This document shows positions 14,655 through 25,100 of a stretch of DNA of 64,000 nt, piece after piece. Where the stretch lies: NCBI GenBank assembly GCA_965112155.1, contig OZ218098.1. One strand, written 5' to 3'. The position numbers and the translations under genes were made by a program. The notes beneath the pieces are model-generated. The model had not been told where the DNA came from and searched no databases. It saw only the letters and a list, made by a program, of their open reading frames with translations. Every line of letters begins with the position of its first letter. Positions within the stretch are counted from its first letter, which is position 1. This stretch comes from Podarcis liolepis (lineage: Eukaryota).

Positions 14655-14700
<46 letters not shown>

Positions 14701-16124
14701 GTAAACTACTGGCTTTGGCATCAGTGGGATGTAGCTCACTATATGCAAAAGTAAGATTCACATCCATTGCTCTGTCCATATTTACATCTAGCCCTGCCCA
14801 CCACTGGTTTGTGGCCCTCAGAAAGTTGTCCATAATGGAATGGGGCCCTTGGCTAAGCCAGCAGTAGATAATCTGAGCAGGCGAAGGGAAGTGATCACAT
14901 ACATGGTTAGATCTTTTGAATCCTGTCATAATGGCAGGACAACTCATATGCCCCAGTACCATTCCTGTTGCCCTTCATTAAAACCATGAGAGGCTGGTGA
15001 GGGTTGTGGAGATCCTAACAGCAGCTGCCTGGTCCCGAGGAAGATAGTTGCTGTGAAAGAATCTCCCTTGGATTATTTATTCAGTTATTTAGTGCCAGGC
15101 ATTTTGAAGCTACGACAGTGAGAATGAAGGATGTCACTGGGGATTTGTCCTTACATTGTGTAGGCTGCATGGGTGCGGCAAGACACCTGCTGCTTGTGAG
15201 AACCTCTGTGCTGCCCTGACTACAAACCAGTCACTGACCAGACTGCATGTCAGCTGTGACGTCCTGGGAGCCTCTGGCAAGGATCAGTTCAGAAATGCAC
15301 TGCAACATGGAAGGAGAAGACGGCAGGGACTATGGTGAGTTATTTCCGGCAGCCATTTTGAAATCGTGCCTCATAATGAATGGGCACTTAAGGAAATTGC
15401 AATTCTGTCTACCAGAATGTGGGATTTCTTGTAGGGGAAATCTGTCATGTCAGAGTGTGGCCTCTAGGGGATTGGGTCTAGGCGTTACTCTTACCCCTGA
15501 GCCATATATTCCAGCAGGATGGGTTATTTTTAAAAGAATCTGGCCTTGTTTTAATACTTCTGGTGGTCTGTCCAGCTTTAGGTTTAAGGCACTATACCAG
15601 AAGAGCACATGCAGGAGTGCCAATGCAATTTTCTCAGTCCAATACATTTTTCAGTAGATCAGCCCCTTTGGTAGCAAAAGAGGACACGGATTTGCATATG
15701 TTGTGTGTCATATGCAAATTTGTGTCCGATTATGCGAGTAGAGGGCCCCTTCCCCCCAAAGTAGTGCACCAGGTTGGCAAATGCTAATACATAGGATTGG
15801 AGCCTAAAGCTTTAGCGGCAATTCAAATTTGTGCTTAAAATAGGAAAATAAACCATTGTTTAGGCTGCGCAGGCTTACTATCCTTCCGCAAATGTTATAG
15901 AAAAGAATATTAAAAGATGGGTTTTTAGTTTGTATACAGAACAACCAGGCATTTTGTGTTTTAGGATGAAACACCTGGGGCCTTATTTCTAGCAATAACC
16001 AGAACTTATTTCTAGCAGTAACTAGAACTTGACCAAGAACTTGTCCTTTCTCAATACTGGAAAATTAAATGCGATTTTCGATTACAGGTTGAATGGAGAA
16101 CGTATTGGCATACCCGAGTGGTGA
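2505..16124 (+). CDS. NLR-A: NLRP-family PYD-FISNA-NACHT-LRR receptor (NLRP3/6/12-like), 12 coding exons, ~1154 aa
   Basis: Exons with AG/GT boundaries: 2505-2805 (PYD), 3309-5055 (FISNA+NACHT), 6701-6820, 7019-7087, 7651-7821, 8778-8948, 9654-9824, 10979-11143, 12100-12270, 13825-13995, 15164-15334, 16088-16124 (TGA). Sum 3465 nt = 1155 codons. Walker [10 protein letters not shown], Walker [12 protein letters not shown], sensor-1 [18 protein letters not shown]. Phase-2, 171-nt RI-type LRR exons ([30 protein letters not shown]). AATAAA at 16562. Confidence 0.9.
3309..5055 (+). CDS. NLR-A FISNA/NACHT/HD/WHD exon
   Basis: Uninterrupted ORF (track 3356..5065) with canonical NACHT motifs. Acceptor tttcttag|G at 3309; donor GG|gtatgt at 5055. 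Confidence 0.93.
5213..5241. repeat. (CA)n microsatellite
   Basis: Direct reading. Confidence 0.95.
5890..6310 (-). mobile_element. Degraded L1/Tx1-like LINE 3' end
   Basis: Minus-strand peptide [33 protein letters not shown] resembles the C-terminus of L1-clade ORF2, followed by an A-rich 3' region. Confidence 0.5.
10380..10530 (-). mobile_element. RTE-clade LINE fragment
   Basis: Peptide [24 protein letters not shown] is typical of the RTE ORF C-terminus. Confidence 0.55.
11420..11680 (+). mobile_element. Degraded CR1 LINE fragment
   Basis: Decayed ...cacacttgaaacactatgtatagttctggttgccatacctc...gagctggagcgggtgcagaggagg, equivalent to the CR1 [11 protein letters not shown]...LERVQRR region. 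Confidence 0.6.
14657..14698. repeat. (TG)n microsatellite
   Basis: Direct reading. Confidence 0.95.
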
Positions 16125-16895
16125 TGAAAGAAGTGAAGATTAAGAAAACTATGGGCAGGATTCACCTAATTGGTTCTGTTGGCAGAAGACCTGCACAAAG
16201 ACTTTCACTTGCACAGTGTGGCTTTCTCTCCCCCCCTTTTATTTTATTATACAATAATATGCATTATATATTTCATTATGCAATAACTCCTTCCTTGAGC
16301 CCTCTGTGCACCTCCACCCCACTGAAATTGGTTTGGGGTTTGTTTGTTTGTTGGAGAGAAACTGGAATAGTCTTGAGGGGGAGGAGGGGAGACTTCCATC
16401 TGGCAGGCAGGAATGTTTGCGCAAATGGATAAACAGGAAGAGCACAAGATTAAATTCCACCCAGTAATTCTGGCAATTAAATACTTTTATCAAAAAGATA
16501 TCATTGTTGAGAAATGGCAGCCAAAAGTCACCAACCCAACCAAGCTTTACTTTGAAGGGGAAATAAATTTGAGATGTAAGTTTCTGCAGGCTGCTTGTGG
16601 GTGCCCGTTATATAGTTCATATGAGATTATTGCATTTTGGGGGGCAATAATTCTAGTTTTGTCCCTGGGAGCAAATTAACCACTTTTAAGTTTTGGAATC
16701 CCCCCCCCCCGAAACCGTAAAGCAGTATATAAATTCCAGGAAACAAATAGAATCAACTTGTTGGTTGTATACAGAAAAAAAAAAGGTTGTTAGGGCTGTA
16801 AAACCCCATACCATTAACATCCTTGCAGTCTAAAGGTGTCGTTCTGCCTATAACTTACCCACATTTCTTTGTGTCTCACTGCCATCAGAACTGTA

Positions 16896-17121
16896 CAGTG
16901 GTACCTCAGGTTAAGTACTTAATTTGTTCCGGAGGTCCGTTCTTAACCTGAAACTGTTCTTAACCTGAAGCACCACTTTAGCTAATGGGGCCTCCGGCTG
17001 CTGCCACGCCGCTGGAGGACGATTTCTGTTCTCATCCTGAAGCAAAGTTCTTAACCTGAAGCACTATTTCTGGGTTAGCGGAGTGTGTAAACTGAAGCGT
17101 ATGTAACCCGAGGTACCACTG
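16896..17121. mobile_element. Tc1/mariner-pogo (Tigger-like) MITE, family 1
   Basis: TIRs CAGTGGTACCTCAGGTTA / TAACCCGAGGTACCACTG flanked by TA on both sides; homologous copies at 40383 and 56548. Confidence 0.85.
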
Positions 17122-17426
17122 TATAGGTTTGATAAGGATTTGACACAGGGCCTTTACAGTGGTGGCAACCAGGTTGTGGAATGACTTTGGAGGTTTTTAT
17201 GGCCCCCAGCCTTTTCATTCAGCTACAAAGCCTGGTTTATTTCACTGGGCCTTTGGTCTTGGGTATTGTTTTTGGTCTGATTCTTTATTGTTATTTGAAC
17301 GCTGTATTGCATTTGCTGTTTGTGAGTTTTTATTTTTATTTGGTAATTCTAATGCTGTGTTGGATTTTATCTGTTTTTATGTGTCGTAAGTGGTTTTAAA
17401 GCCCTTTAGTGGTAAAGGCAGGCTAA

Positions 17427-17427
<1 letters not shown>

Positions 17428-17468
<41 letters not shown>
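17428..17468. repeat. (GA)n microsatellite
   Basis: Direct reading. Confidence 0.95.
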
Positions 17469-17471
<3 letters not shown>

Positions 17472-18899
17472 CACACACCATTATTTAAAAGTAGCCAGTT
17501 GTGCAGTAGTTACAATACTACTGCAACCGTTCATCAATGGCTGCTTACCATGTACCACAAACATCATCACCAGTCAGTGATTTTATGTGTGAATAGACCA
17601 TAGAAAATTATATACTGGAGTTAGAAATGTTGGGCCCCCTCCCATTTATTTAAACATTGGGATACTTTCCAATGAGATGCTTAAGGTTTGTCTACACCAG
17701 TGTTTCCTGTGTGCTTGCTGCAGTTTGCACTCTCATTTAACTTGCACTGTCCACGTGATGTTACCATCAAACAACACCATCTTGAGACTTCTCCCTTCTT
17801 AATTCTAGTTTACCTGACGTGGGTAGAATCTGATTAAAAATTGGGGGGGACGGACCTCTCCACTTGGGGTTGCAGACAAATTGTTTTGGAGGTTTTGGGT
17901 GGGGAGATCAATTGTCACTTTTTGCTATTCCCCTTGCTATTCCCCTTGCCACCCAATACCTCTTCAGTGCTTTCATTTCTTTTTCAGCCACATTCTCACA
18001 GGGAAACGAACATAGCTTATGTAGGTTTTAAAAAAATTAATTTATTAATCTCTTAGATTTGCACTAAATCAGAAAAATGCAAGCCTGTGTGCTAAGAATT
18101 TACAATTGCCTTGGCTTGTGTGCACTGCTTAGGTGGGGATTTATTATTATTATTATTACTTTTTATTATTTTTATTATTTTTAAAGTGTGCCCATAGCTA
18201 TCTGCTTGCATGCCCTTGCCATGGAAAAAACGGTTTGAAGAACATGGAGAATGCCAATGTATGTTGAAAAGGGTTCTAGGTAATGCAGCCAAACACTTGA
18301 GAGTGGGCAAAATTACGTAGCTGGGCAGGCAGTAGAAGCAGAGGCATGCTTATTAAGCAGTGGGCACTGGTGAAGGCAAGGAGAATAAGACAAAAAGCTG
18401 ATGCCCTGTTGCTATGCTGTGTGAAAATCTGACTAGGCTGAATAGTCAATGCATTGCTTCCATGTGAAGTATGAAGTGAATGCTTTTTTTCCTGTGTTCA
18501 GTGTAACATTTCTCCACTGCCTGCGAAGGGCATGTTTCCACAAACTATGCCTTTTAAATAAACACCATTTAATCGACCTTGACTGGTATTGACCATCAAA
18601 CATCTGCTTTTAAACTTCCAAGGAAAAAGAGGCCACCACCTTCTGAGGGAGCCAGTTCCACTGTCCAGAGTTAAAATATTAAGTTAAAATCTGCTCTTCC
18701 ACTACACAAAAAGGTTCTCAAAACTGATTACATGGCTCTTCTGCAGGTTGTCATGCAACCACATACCTTGATTTTTTGGCTATCCCATTTTTCTGGTCTG
18801 GTCTGGTCTGGTCACACTAATACTGACTTCCACCAGCAGATGGTGGACTTTCAGTGTAAGATTACCGGAACCAGAGGACAAATCCATTTCTCTCCACCT

Positions 18900-19104
18900 T
18901 TTTCGTCGGGATACTTCCTTGTTGCTGAGTGCATTTAAACTTAAACAGAAACCGATGACATACAAAGGGCCGTCTGAACTGTAGAGATTGTATTGGATCT
19001 TAAGACTGAGAAGAAATTGCCCTTTTGTGTTTCAGAGGAAGTAGTGTCCTGGTTTTGTTCGTTTTCTCTTTCATGTTCATAAATGACACCACCGATGCGG
19101 TCAG
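18900..19104 (+). promoter_or_regulatory. Putative immune-type promoter and micro first exon of NLR-B
   Basis: ISRE-like AAACAGAAACC (18943-18953) and TTTTCTCTTTC (19062-19072); ETS/PU.1-like AGAGGAAGT (19034-19042). These are followed by ATGACACCACCGATGCGGTCAG|gtaagc (19083-19104), a strong phase-1 donor in frame with the NACHT exon. Confidence 0.45.
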
Positions 19105-22100
19105 GTAAGCCAGGATCGTTTTGCTTGCAATCCTGTTCAGATTAGTTCAGGTTGCTTAATTGAAATCAGGTGGACTTTGGTGAGTTTTGAAGTAACCAAA
19201 TTGTGAGCAGTATTGCAGTTATTTTGTTAATTTTGGAGTTGCAAAAAAAGGGGGGATTTAAGGTAAAGAACCCCTGGACAGTTAAGTCCAGTCGAATTCG
19301 ACTTTGGGGTGCAGTGCTCATCTTTGCTTTCAGACGGAGGGACTTTACAGGCAACCTGCCATTTGTCTGAAAATGGGAGCATTTGCTGTGATTCAAAATC
19401 TTACTTAATATGATAAGGAAGTTTCTTTGGATTCCAGGAAGTGGATTTTTAAGGACAACCGAAAGGAGGAGTGTTGGAGCAAGACAAGGGTGGTGTCTGA
19501 AGTAGGATATTGTACAGTAGGATTTCGTACAGTGCCGGCCTATGCAGATTGCTTAGAAGTCCTGAGTTCAGTGGGACTTAGTCCCACGTAAATGTGCACA
19601 GGTTTGCAGCTAGTAAACCGCTGTCACAGGTCTTAATTCAAACAGAACTTTTCTCTGTCAAAAATACTTTCTCTGTGAATCAGTTCACATGTTAACATTT
19701 CCCAGCATGGGGAGCTGGTTCTGGAAAGGAACCATGTAAAAAATACGTGAACTCGCCCAGCTTTTGTATCATTTTGCCAAATATATTTCAGAAAGCCTGT
19801 CAAATACACCAAAAGCTTAATTGGTTTTTTTGCAATCCACAATGATGCTTGCTCAGTTTCATTCAGAATTAATAAAGTATGCCTAATGGCAAATAATGTC
19901 TGAATTAGATTACAGGGAGAAATACAGAGAACATATTAGAGAGAAATACCAAAGCCCTGAAAGAAGGCTGGCCAGCCATGGGGTCTATGGGCCTCCCAGT
20001 GAAAAATATGAGCAACTAATTATTGCAAATGGAGATAGACGAGAGACTGAAATACTGCACAGACCATGGAGACATTCTGGGATCATGTCAGAGCAAATGG
20101 TTGCTGTTCCCACCGAGGCCTTGTTTGAGGTTGACAACGATGGACCACAGACTGTGGTGCTCTTGGGAGGGGCTGGGACTGGGAAAACCACCTTGGCCAG
20201 AAAGATCCTGCTAGACTGGGCAGCTGGAAGACTCTTTCCCGGGAGATTTGATTACCTTTTCTACCTCCGTTGTGGGCAACTGAATCTCGTTGAGGGCCAG
20301 GCGGACTTGGCTGACTTGATTTTAAACGGTGACCCTGAGCTTAGAGAGAGAGAAGAGATAATGGAACTCCTAGAAAACCCTGTCAAGCTTCTCTTCATAA
20401 TTGATGGCTTTCATGAACTCACTTGCTCCATCGAACACCAGGAAGACAACCCAAGCGTTGATCCCAGGGAGAAGAAGCCGGTGGGAATCCTCTTGAGTGC
20501 ATTATTTCACAGAGCCCTTCTTCCAGAGGCGTGCCTGCTAATTACTACCAGGCCATCCTCTTTGGAAAGCCTCAGGAATTGCCTGCAGTCTGAACGCTGC
20601 ATGAGACTTTTGGGTTTTTCTGAGGAGGGCAAAGAAGAGTATTTCCTCAAGGTCTTTGGAGATAAAAAATTAGCAACACAGGCTCTTAGTTACGTTAAAG
20701 GTGATGAAGCACTCTTTGCCCTATCCTTTGTCCCCAATTTGTGCTGGGTCGTCTGCACTGTGATGAAACAGCAGCTAGACAGGGGCAAGGAAGATCCAGT
20801 GCCAGTGTCTGAAAAACTCACTGCGGTATATGCACTTTATCTCTCCCGTTTGACTGAGTCTCCCTGCAGTAGCTCAGGGCAGTGGAATCTGAGAGGGCTC
20901 TGCTCACTGGCTGCTGATGGAATCAGGAAAAACAAGACCTTGTTCAAGGCCGAAGAAATCCAGAAGCAAAGTTCAGGTCACTTAGGTTCTCTTCCTCCTG
21001 CTCTTTTTCAGAAAGACCCTGATTCTGAAGGTCTCTATAGGTTCCTCCACCTCAGTGTACAAGAGTTTCTTGCGGCCTTGTTCTATGTTTTGGAAGACAC
21101 GCCCAAAGATCCTGAGACTATGAAGCAAGATCTGGAACTCTCACTGGAAGGATGCGGCAAAGACCCAGGAGATTTGACCTTATTTGCCCAATTCATCTTT
21201 AGCCTATTAAACAGAGAAATAATGGAATACCTGAAAGAACAATTTGGGTGGCAAATTTCACCTGCAATTAAGGCTGACTTGCTGGATTGGTTTAAAACGG
21301 ACACACAGATTAAGTCAGATTATCCAAATTATCGCCCGCTGGAGAGGTTTCACTATTTGTATGCAACCCAAGAAGAGGAATTTGCCCAATGTGCTCTTGA
21401 CCGTTTGACTGAAGTAACTATGGACAGATTGACATTTACTCCCCTGGACCAAGCTGTTCTCTCCTTCTGTGTCCAGAACTGTTTACACCTGGAGGCGCTT
21501 TGCCTGTACGGATGTTTGTTTCTGTCGAAGGAACCTGAGGGAGAAGAACTTCCAAGGCATCTCAGTCATCCATGTCAGTAAGTAGGACCCAAACTCTTAA
21601 CTGTATTACAGATGTAGCTGATTTTTATTCCTCTTCTTTCCTACTTCTCATAATATGCATTACCAAAGACTTCTGCTCTTTGCTTTCTTTTTTTTGTTTT
21701 TTGGCAAATCCTTCTTTCTTCTCCCCTTTATATCTGGATTATGTCTATGCTAAGCTGTAGAGCAGGGGTCCTCTGGATAATAAATAAATAAATAAAACCC
21801 CGCCCATCTGGCTGGGTCTCCGCAGCCACTCTGGGCAGCTCCCAACAGAACATTAAAAACACAACAAAACATTAAAAACTTCCCTAAACAGGGCTGCCTT
21901 CAGGTGTCTTCTAAATGTCAGATAGCTGTTTATTTATTTCCTCAACATCTAATGGGAGGATGTTCCACAGGGCAGGCGCCACCTCTCCCTGGTTCCCTGT
22001 AACCTCACATCTCGCAGTGAGAGAACCACCAGAAGGCCCTCGGAGGAGGACCTCAGGCTGAATGATGGGGGTGGAGACGCTCCTTCACGTATACTCCTTC

Positions 22101-25100
22101 AGGTATACTGAGATGCTCCTTCAGGTCTTGGACTCCAAATCCCATCAGCCCCAGCCAGTATAGTTAACTGTCCTAAGCACCTTGGGAAATGCAGTTTCGT
22201 AAAAGGCCTAGGGCTCTCTGAGGAAGAATGATCACCACACTTACAGACCTAGAACTTCCTACATTTATTGGAAAGAAGTAGCGACAGTTAAACTTCTTTC
22301 AAACCAGTTTAAATTTTGTAGTGCAATCACTAAAACTGCTTTTTTCTCTCCCAAAACAGAAAGGGTAGCGTAACCAATAAGCATATTTTGTCCATTATGC
22401 TCATTTTATATTAGAAAACAGAACATAACGAACTTTTCTACCTTTTTAGGCCAGATCAGAAAACACAGGAGCGTTCAGCAGTTTACCTTCTCTGTCAAGC
22501 ACTGAAAGATCCAAACAACAAAATCAGGAAACTGGAGTAAGTCACAGCTGTTTTCCCTGCCTTCTTACTTGTTTGGCTCTATTGACTCAGACACACTCAG
22601 CTAATGTGTGTCTTATTGAGGTTCAGGTATTTCCAAAGCAGTGCCTGAATGGGTCCCAGGGCAGCCCCACATTGTCAGGGGTTTGCTGAATAACTGGCAA
22701 GTGGAAATGTCTGAGGTCATGAAAGTTTTGGGAGGCTACAGAGGACTCTATATTAGATCTCATCATCAGCTCCTTTCTCTGGCAATATTCACATGATCAA
22801 GTGCGAAACAGATCTGTCGGCAAGATGTATGTTGAGCTTTATGATTCCTGCATTCCATGAGGTGGAACTACACAGATGACCCTTGGGGGGCCCGCAGTGA
22901 TTCTGTGAGAGTTGCACCCAGCCCCTCTTTAGGGAAAGCTTAAATTAATACAGTGATACCTTGGTTCTCGAACTTCCTGCACTCAAACGGAAGCTATGGA
23001 AGCCAAGTCAGATGTTTGGCTTCCGAAAAACATTCGCAAACTTGGAACACTTACTTCCGGGTTTGCAACATTCGGGAGCTTATTTGTTTGGGAGCCAAGC
23101 CGTTTGACAACCAAGGTACCACTCTACAGTGGTAGTGGTACCTACAGTGGTACCTCCATTTACGAACTTAATTTGTCCTGGAAGTCTGTTCTTACACCAA
23201 AAGTGTTCTTAAACCAAGGCGCACTTTCCCTAATGAGGCCTCCCACCGCCAGTGCCCTTCCACTGTTTGGCTTCCATTTGGCTTCCAGTGCAAAGTTTGC
23301 TAGCTGGAACACCTACTTCCAGTTTTGCAGAGTTTGTTCCCCCTGTACTAACAATTAAGTGTTTCAGAGTTTCCTTCACATGTCAGGAGGGACAGGCTTC
23401 TCCATTCTCATGTGCCACAGGCCTCTGGTGGGTGTGAGCAGTGGTCATTCTTTCTCTCCACCTTAGACTTTGGAGGTGGGTGGAGATCATCCCCACAACT
23501 ATACGGAGATCCCATACATTCTCTGGCTCCAAGCTTGGGAGGTCAGCCAGGGATTGCTTTCTTGCTGGGGCACCCTGATTGTGGAGCAGCAAAATTGGCA
23601 AGCTCCCCACTGGCCTTTCCTCCAGAAATCATTAGCAAGGTGCTTCCTTAGCCACTCCAGCACCCAACACACCTTTAATACCACAGGAAGCCATCTACTC
23701 TTTTTGGCTTGGCTAGCAAGACCTGACAAAAATGTTGCTCCTCTTGGCCAGGAGGGGAGGGAAGGCCGTTGGAAAGACCAGGTTGACCCAGGGACAGAGG
23801 AAGGGGGTGAGGTGAGTGCGGGCTGCCCCCGGGTGTCACCACTGAGGGGGGTGACAAAATGCCAGGCATCACTCACTGCGGGGTCTGAGCCACGTGTCTC
23901 TCCGCGCTGCCCAAACGTTCCCCCTCTGCCTCCCCCCAGCTGTAAAGTGGCTGAGTGGGAGGAGGCAGGCAGACCCTGGAGGTCCCGCGGTGCGCCCCAG
24001 GTGTGGCTTCCTCTGCCACTGGGTGGACCAACACACCCCATGTGCCAGGGTAGCTGTTAATGTGAAGGTCCATCTCTCTGTGTTTTCAGTACAGTAGGAG
24101 AGGAGAACCTGTGGGCCCTCTGGATATTGCTGGATTTTAACTCTCATCAGCCCCAGCAAGCCTGACCCCAGGGGTCAGGTATGATGAGAGTTCCTGCCCA
24201 ACAACATCCAAAGGGCCACAGCTTAGCCTCACGTGCAGGACAGAATTAGAAGTCGCTTGTTGCCTAAGCCAGTTATTTACAACTGGGTTCCATTTCCCCA
24301 TATCTGTTGGTCTTTAGCATGCTTCTCAAATGCCTTCCATTTGCCTATGGCAACTTCCCAGAGCATTTCCGTGGATCCCAGAGAAAGAGTTTGCTAATTT
24401 AGTGGGAATATTAAAAGCTGTTGTGCTTTGAACCACCTAGGGAGAAAAAGAAAAGCTCCAGATGCAGAATGTTTTACACACGTTCAGGTGGCCTGTGCGT
24501 AATCAACATCTGCTGCATCATTGAGATGAAAAAGAAGACTCAGCCATGTTTATGAGGGTTTGTCCAAAGGATACCCAGGGAATGAGCTGGCCAATGGAGC
24601 TGTTTCTGTCCCATTTTGCAGGCTTAATGGATGCCAGCTCACAGACAATTGCTGTGCAGATCTTTCCACTGTTCTCTCAACAAGCCAGAAGCTGGTAGAA
24701 CTGGACTTGCAGGCAGCCATTCTGAAGGAATCGGGAGCCAGGCTGCTATGTGAAGGGCTGAGTCATCCCAACTGTATGCTAGAAAAACTGGGGTAAGCTG
24801 AAAAAAAGCTTCTTCTGCCTAAGCATTACCAGTGGAACATAAAGGCATTGAGGGTGCACAACGTCAGTTGTCTTTAGGTGTGCAGAATTACTCAGGGGTT
24901 TTTCTGTTTTAAAAAACAACCACAGCACAATTTCTCCCTCTTGAACAAAAGACTGTTTTGGAGAGATTTCAAAATTTTAAACTAGAACATGAAGCTTAAG
25001 GGCCCACTATCTCTCAGGCGTGTGCTGTCAGTATCTCCCTTTCTTGTGGTCCCTCTTCTGTATCTTGATTCACACTGCATCTGTGTGTATTCCTTCTATA

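Noticed and set aside
16118-19860. A hidden PYD/CARD exon for NLR-B
   Set aside because: No plus-strand ORF here has death-fold character; the region is 3'UTR, MITE, microsatellite and SINE. An HMM search is still needed to exclude a decayed remnant.
23470-24159. 180-196 aa ORFs on both strands in an NLR-B intron
   Set aside because: GC-rich repeat-like sequence with no domain motifs or usable splice sites.
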